Shown: in pieces, positions 35,383 through 40,330 of the stretch
How positions within the stretch are numbered: position 1 is the stretch's first letter
How the letters are laid out: every line of letters starts with the position of its first letter
Program-made: the position numbers and the translations under genes
The notes under the pieces: model-generated
Told to the model about the DNA's origin: nothing
The model's input: the letters and a program-made list of their open reading frames with translations, nothing else
Databases searched by the model: none
Assembly (NCBI GenBank): GCA_018400395.1
Contig: JAGYMN010000002.1
Span: 1-40,330 of the forward strand
Length of the DNA: 40,330 bases
Direction of reading: 5' to 3'
From: Actinomycetota bacterium
Lineage (GTDB): Bacteria; Actinomycetota; Humimicrobiia; Humimicrobiales; Humimicrobiaceae

Positions 35383-35928
35383 ATGTTAACAAGACAGGAG
35401 ATCGGGGATTCAATGCTGGAAATTGTTAAAGGCGATATCACAGTTGAGGAAACGGAATCGATAGTAAATGCAGCTAATGACCGGCTTTCCCCCGGAGGGG
35501 GAGTATCAGGTGCGATTCACAGGGCTGCAGGACCAATGTTGTGGCAGGAATGTAAGAAACATAACGGCTGTGCCACAGGCGAAGCCAAATTAACTGGAGG
35601 ATACAACCTGAAAGCCGATTATGTGATCCATACCGTAGGGCCTGTTTACAGCGGCAGCAGGGATGACGCCGGTAAGCTGAAAAGCTGTTATTACAGCAGT
35701 CTTTGCCTTGCTTCGGATAATGGCATTAAAAGTATCTCATTTCCTTCTATAAGTACCGGGATATTCGGATACCCTGTAAGAGAAGCATCGCAAATTGCCC
35801 TCGGGACAATTATTGATTATCTGAAGACGCATAAGGAGATTAAGCTCGTCAGGATGGTACTTTTTTCAACTGGAGACTATGAGACATACAGGACTTCACT
35901 TGAAGAAGTTTTAGGAGAGGATTTATAA
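35383..35928 (+). CDS. macro-domain protein (O-acetyl-ADP-ribose deacetylase / ADP-ribose-binding, YmdB-like)
   Basis: 181 aa. IVNAANDRLSPGGGVSGAIHRAAG and SISFPSISTGIFGYP are macro-domain motifs. An alternative ATG at 35413 gives MLEIVKGDIT. Confidence 0.85.
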   Translation: MLTRQEIGDSMLEIVKGDITVEETESIVNAANDRLSPGGGVSGAIHRAAGPMLWQECKKHNGCATGEAKLTGGYNLKADYVIHTVGPVYSGSRDDAGKLKSCYYSSLCLASDNGIKSISFPSISTGIFGYPVREASQIALGTIIDYLKTHKEIKLVRMVLFSTGDYETYRTSLEEVLGEDL

Positions 35929-35986
35929 AGGAAAGGGTAAGTAATTGTTAAGAACATTGGGATTATATATGAATAAATAAGCAATT

Positions 35987-38368
35987 ATGAGAAAAAAGAT
36001 TAATATATCTTTATTTTTAATCTCTTTTTCAGTTTTCCTTTATCAGGTGTGTCTACTAAGGATATTGTCGGTATCCGATTTTTACCATTTTGCCTTTTTA
36101 ATTGTTAGCGTGGCCCTTCTCGGATTCGGGATAAGCGGAAGTTTCCTTTATTTTTTTATAAATAAAATAAGGGATGAAAATCTTCTTTACATTATATTCT
36201 CTCTCGGATTTTCCGTATCAGTGATAATAAGTTTTATGGCAATAAATCTTATTCCTTTTGATTCTTTTAAAATTGCCTGGGAGATAAAGCAGTTATTTTA
36301 CCTGCTTGTCTACTATATATTTTTAATCTCCCCCTTTTTCTTTGGAGGATGTTTCATAGGTTATGTATTTTACAATCTTGAGAAGCCTTCTATAACATAT
36401 TTTTTTAACCTGATAGGATCTGCCGCAGGGGCGCTTGCTTTTTTATTGCTGGTGCCGCTTACAGGGAAGACAGCAGTGATAATAATTTCTGCCATTTTTG
36501 GAATTATCCCTCTTTTTATTCTTTTAAAGGGTAAAAAGAAAAAGATTTTTATACCGGTTGCAGTTTGCTTTTTGATTATAGTTTTTATTTTAAGGGTATT
36601 TTCTCCTCAGCTATGGGATTTAAATATATCACCCTATAAGAGTCTTGCGGTTATTCTCCGCTACCCGGATTCAGAAGTTGTGTATTCAGAAGAGGATTCT
36701 ACTGCAAGAATTGATATTGTTGAAAGTGAGAATATAAGGTCTGCACCTGGACTTAGTCTTAAATACCAGGATATGCTACCAAAACAGCTGGGCCTGAATA
36801 TAGATGCAGACAATCTATCCCCTGTAACAGAATATTCTGAGAAAGAAATGAAATTTTTGGAATTTATGCCGCAATCAATAATGTTCGGACCTGCCAGCAA
36901 GTATAAGGATATATTGATAATAGAGCCGGGGGGAGGGATAGATGTAATGGCTTCGGACCACTTTACCGATTCAAACATTTATGTGATACAGAATAATAAA
37001 CTTGTTGTCGGAGCATTAAAGGAAAACTTTTCTGACTTTAATGGAGATCTATATAACAGGGATAATATAGAAGTTATCAGTACATCGGTTAGAAACTTTT
37101 CTAATATGACAGAAAAAAAGTTCGATCTTATTTTTTTAAGCCTTTCTGAAAATTTTCATCCAATTTCTTCTGGCGCTTACAGCCTTAATGAAAATTATAA
37201 TTATACGGTGGAGTGCTTTAGGGACCTGTTAAAAATTACCGGTGAGAATGGGTTTATTGTGATTACAAGATGGCTGCAGTTTCCTCCCAGCGAAAACCTC
37301 AGGGTCTTATCTACTCTTATGGAAACTCTTGAGATGAGCAGTATAGATAATATACCCGGCAGTATCTACGCATTCAGATCATGGTCAACTGTAACCACAG
37401 TATTTAAGAAAGGCAGCTTTTTGCCAGGGGAGATTGAAGTACTCAAAAAAAAGACCGGTGAGCTGAATTATGACATTGTATATTACCGGGGCGTGAAAGA
37501 AGAAGAGGTAAATAAATATAACAGGCTTGACCAGCCTCTCTATTATAAATTCTACAGGGAGATAATCGAAGGCAGCAGACAAGAGCGGCAGTCCTTTTAT
37601 GACTGGTATTACTTCAATATAGAACCGGTAACCGATGACAGTCCCTATTTTTATAATTTCTTTAAATTAAGGCAGGTCCCGGATGTCATCAGATACTTCG
37701 GGAAGTCCACGCAGCCTTTCGGCGGAGGGGGATATCTGATACTGATTGCAGCTCTTTTTATATCTATCATGCTATCCATATTTTTAATACTTTTCCCTCT
37801 GAAGATAAAGAATATCAGGCTGTCGTTGAGGGGAAATTACCCATACATATTGTATTTCTTATCGATAGGCACCGGTTTCTTTTTTATAGAGCTGCCGTTT
37901 ATTCAGAAGTTTATCCTTATACTTGGAAATCCCGCATATTCGCTTTCGATAATACTTTTCAGCATAATGTTTTTCGCAGGTCTGGGAAGTTATTTAACCG
38001 AAAGGATAAGGTTTGATATTAGATGGATCATATCCGGACTTATAGGTTATATCATATTATTTATATTCGGTTTCAGATATTTAAGCAGTTTCTTATTGTC
38101 AGGGGCCCTCTGGCAGAGGTTTCTACTGACTATCTTGCTTGTAATGCCTGCAGGTTTGCTTATGGGAATGCCGTTTCCTATAGGCATAGCTGCAATTAAG
38201 AAGAAAAAGCCGGTAATCCTGCCGTGGATGTGGGCCATTAATGGATGTGCTTCGGTAATCGGATCTATAGCGGCTGTCATTATTTCTTTACATCTTGGGT
38301 TTCTGGTAGTTATCGCCATATCCGGTTTTCTTTATATTGGATGTGCTGTTGCATACAGGTATTTTTAA
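35987..38368 (+). CDS. large polytopic membrane protein with a central spermidine-synthase-like (class I methyltransferase fold) domain
   Basis: 793 aa. About 7 N-terminal and about 6 C-terminal TM segments flank a soluble domain containing ILIIEPGGGIDV (GxGxG motif I-like) and DLIFLSLSE. This is a family-level inference only. Confidence 0.55.
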   Translation: MRKKINISLFLISFSVFLYQVCLLRILSVSDFYHFAFLIVSVALLGFGISGSFLYFFINKIRDENLLYIIFSLGFSVSVIISFMAINLIPFDSFKIAWEIKQLFYLLVYYIFLISPFFFGGCFIGYVFYNLEKPSITYFFNLIGSAAGALAFLLLVPLTGKTAVIIISAIFGIIPLFILLKGKKKKIFIPVAVCFLIIVFILRVFSPQLWDLNISPYKSLAVILRYPDSEVVYSEEDSTARIDIVESENIRSAPGLSLKYQDMLPKQLGLNIDADNLSPVTEYSEKEMKFLEFMPQSIMFGPASKYKDILIIEPGGGIDVMASDHFTDSNIYVIQNNKLVVGALKENFSDFNGDLYNRDNIEVISTSVRNFSNMTEKKFDLIFLSLSENFHPISSGAYSLNENYNYTVECFRDLLKITGENGFIVITRWLQFPPSENLRVLSTLMETLEMSSIDNIPGSIYAFRSWSTVTTVFKKGSFLPGEIEVLKKKTGELNYDIVYYRGVKEEEVNKYNRLDQPLYYKFYREIIEGSRQERQSFYDWYYFNIEPVTDDSPYFYNFFKLRQVPDVIRYFGKSTQPFGGGGYLILIAALFISIMLSIFLILFPLKIKNIRLSLRGNYPYILYFLSIGTGFFFIELPFIQKFILILGNPAYSLSIILFSIMFFAGLGSYLTERIRFDIRWIISGLIGYIILFIFGFRYLSSFLLSGALWQRFLLTILLVMPAGLLMGMPFPIGIAAIKKKKPVILPWMWAINGCASVIGSIAAVIISLHLGFLVVIAISGFLYIGCAVAYRYF

Positions 38369-39096
38369 TCTTCCCTGGTAAGGGGTACAAAAGCTACATC
38401 AGCAATTTTCTCAGTTATCACTTCTCCTTCTATTCTGGTGACTTTCCATAATACCTGGCTCCAGCCTGGCGGCCCTACCGGTATTACCATTATTCCGTTT
38501 TCATCCAACTGGTTTATCAGGGGCTGCGGTATATGGTCCGGTGCCGCCGTTACTATTATCCTGTCAAATGGAGCATAATCTTCCCAGCCGTAATATCCGT
38601 CATGATTTGAGACCATCACCCCGGGATACATTTCTTCAAGCCTTTTTCTGGCCTTTTTATATAAATCCGGGATTATTTCCACCGTATAGACATCTTCTGT
38701 TATCTCTGCAAGAACTGCCGCCTGGTATCCTGAACCGGTACCCACCTCAAGGACCTTTTCATCACCCTCAAGCTGCAGCTGTTCTGTCATCAGGGAAACA
38801 ATATACGGCTGTGATATGGTCTGTCCCAGCCCGATGGGAAGGGGCCTGTCTTCATAAGCATGGTTCTTTTGATCCTCATCAACAAATTCATGTCTAGGGA
38901 CTTTTTTCATGGCTTCAATTACATTTCGGTCCCTTATTCCCCTTTTAATTATCTGATTTTCAACCATTTTCTCCCTTAGCTTCTCATAACCACCGGAATC
39001 CATGTCCCGGTTTGTATAAAAAATAACAAACGCAATAATAATTGCAAAGACAGTTATAACAGTAACGGAAATAATTATTTTTTTTCTCCTGCTCAT
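38365..39096 (-). CDS. pcm: protein-L-isoaspartate O-methyltransferase with N-terminal membrane anchor or signal peptide
   Basis: 243 aa. ISQPYIVSLMTE and VLEVGTGSGYQAAVLAE are PCMT motifs. The N-terminus KKIIISVTVITVFAIIIAFVIFY is hydrophobic. Confidence 0.85.
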   Translation of the reverse strand: MSRRKKIIISVTVITVFAIIIAFVIFYTNRDMDSGGYEKLREKMVENQIIKRGIRDRNVIEAMKKVPRHEFVDEDQKNHAYEDRPLPIGLGQTISQPYIVSLMTEQLQLEGDEKVLEVGTGSGYQAAVLAEITEDVYTVEIIPDLYKKARKRLEEMYPGVMVSNHDGYYGWEDYAPFDRIIVTAAPDHIPQPLINQLDENGIMVIPVGPPGWSQVLWKVTRIEGEVITEKIADVAFVPLTRED

Positions 39097-39419
39097 CGTA
39101 TTTTTAAATTTTAAGATAAATGTGAAACACCAATAGATTTTTATATTTACAGTAACGGCTTACATCTATATGGATTATACCTTAAATCTATAGGATATTT
39201 ATAATTAAGTCCAGTTATCAGATCTTTAAAATAAAAAGCCAGCATTATGTTTCCATGGAAATATAACTATAAAAATAGAATACCCGGGGAAGAGATATTT
39301 TAAACTGGTCTCCGGCAGTATGTGCCTGAACATCTGCCCCGTCATAAGGGTAATAGTTGAATTAAATATATTTTTGATATAATTTTAGAAGCAAAGGTCA
39401 AAAGAGCTGGAAGGTTTGT

Positions 39420-40148
39420 ATGATAATTGAGTTTCCCGGCACCCGGGGTGAAATAGAAGAAAGCAGTAAAAAGCACAGATATCACTCTTCGCTGGTGGTT
39501 GAATACAAAAATACCAGGATACTTATAGACTATGGTATAAAGCACAGCAGGGATTTAGAAAAAAGAGTGAATAGCTTTGACGGGTTGCTAATAACGCACG
39601 CGCATCCGGATCACTATATCTGGACTTTAAAAGAAGATAAATCTGTCACAATACCTGTTTACCTTACCAGAGAAACTTTTGATTACAGCGAAAGCAGGCC
39701 GGCCGACAGCAGGATTATAAAAAACTGCGAAGGATTCAGCATAAAGGACCTATATTTTATCCCACATAAAGTAATCCACTCTTTCAGGTGCCCGGCAGTA
39801 TGTTTTCGTATAGAAGGGGATAAAAATATTGTCTACGCACCTGACCTGGTCGATACCGAGAAGGATAAAAAAAAGATTCTGGACGGCATTGCCTGCCTCA
39901 TCGGGGACGGTGCCAGCCTGAATATAAATATGGTAAGAAGAAAAGATAATAAAATATACGGCCACACAAGGATAAAAACAGAGATAAACTGGTGTAAAAA
40001 ATACGGGGTAAAGAAGCTTATTATAACCCATTGCGGAAAGCAGGCAGTTACAATGGATGAAGGGGAGCTGGAGAGAAAGATATATGAATACTCGGAAGGC
40101 CAGGTCGATGTAGTTATTGCATATGACGGCTTTCGAATTAAATTGTAA
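39420..40148 (+). CDS. MBL-fold metallo-hydrolase
   Basis: 242 aa with LITHAHPDHY (HxHxDH) and a later H/D-containing segment. GGAAGG lies upstream of the ATG. Confidence 0.7.
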   Translation: MIIEFPGTRGEIEESSKKHRYHSSLVVEYKNTRILIDYGIKHSRDLEKRVNSFDGLLITHAHPDHYIWTLKEDKSVTIPVYLTRETFDYSESRPADSRIIKNCEGFSIKDLYFIPHKVIHSFRCPAVCFRIEGDKNIVYAPDLVDTEKDKKKILDGIACLIGDGASLNINMVRRKDNKIYGHTRIKTEINWCKKYGVKKLIITHCGKQAVTMDEGELERKIYEYSEGQVDVVIAYDGFRIKL

Positions 40149-40330
40149 GGTTTATTTTAAAATAAATCCGGTCTTTATTTAATAAACAGCCTGTATTATA
40201 ATCTGACCCGGCCGGCAAAGGTAAGTTTTATTCAATTTTAGAAATATTATATTATTAGCCGGGAAAAAACAGCATGTTTAAATTAATAAAATCTTTAGAT
40301 TCTTCCTTGACAAAAAAGACAGAATGGGGT

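Noticed and set aside
39247-39264. A palindrome, ATGTTTCCATGGAAATAT (core TTTCCATGGAAA), and a GTGAAACA half-site at 39122-39129 were considered as additional parS sites in the pcm/MBL divergent intergenic region.
   Set aside because: The palindrome matches parS at only 11 of 16 positions, with the central CACGTG replaced by CCATGG. The second element is a lone half-site. Either could be an unrelated operator, but nothing supports ParB binding.
1-40330. Scanned for CRISPR arrays, rRNA genes, IS elements/transposases and prophage genes.
   Set aside because: No regularly spaced direct repeats, no rRNA-like sequence and no transposase- or integrase-like ORFs were seen on either strand.
40274-40330. 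An ATG at 40274 opens a frame (MFKLIKSLDSSLTKKTEWG...) that runs off the end of the window.
   Set aside because: Only 19 codons are visible, with no SD and no recognisable motif, so this is too little to call a gene.

Overview
This window is the chromosomal replication-origin region of an AT-rich bacterium; I cannot assign the taxon from sequence alone. Gene orientation flips at about 24.4 kb. To the left, on the minus strand, lie dnaA, dnaN and a pantothenate cluster (DUF2520 gene, panC, panD). To the right, on the plus strand, lies the classical origin-proximal array rpmH-rnpA-yidD-yidC-jag-mnmE-mnmG-rsmG-parA-parB, followed by lipA. DnaA-box-like elements sit in two places, the rpmH/dnaA-side intergenic region (24351-24783) and the dnaA-dnaN spacer (21828-22125), so the origin appears bipartite. 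The rest of the window is housekeeping or accessory: archaemetzincin, a GltS-like symporter, a PlsY-like protein, an aminotransferase, tRNA-Val, a J-domain protein, a DUF2779 nuclease, two HD hydrolases, an NCS2 purine permease, an ECF sigma factor with an orphan solute-binding lipoprotein, a Cys-type formate dehydrogenase alpha subunit, CorA, a DUF123 GIY-YIG protein, a macro-domain protein, a large membrane protein with a spermidine-synthase-like domain, Pcm and an MBL-fold hydrolase. I saw no CRISPR array, rRNA, transposase or integrase. Four things break the otherwise textbook synteny and are the most interesting. (1) A GHKL-ATPase/winged-helix gene is wedged between the origin boxes and dnaA, apparently in one operon with dnaA. 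(2) A short, catalytically degenerate MnmG paralog is inserted between mnmE and mnmG. (3) That paralog is bracketed by two perfect 16-bp parS sites. (4) A dense array of a TAAACAG-core motif fills the dnaA-dnaN spacer. All functional calls rest on motif recognition by eye in the supplied translations; no database search was run.
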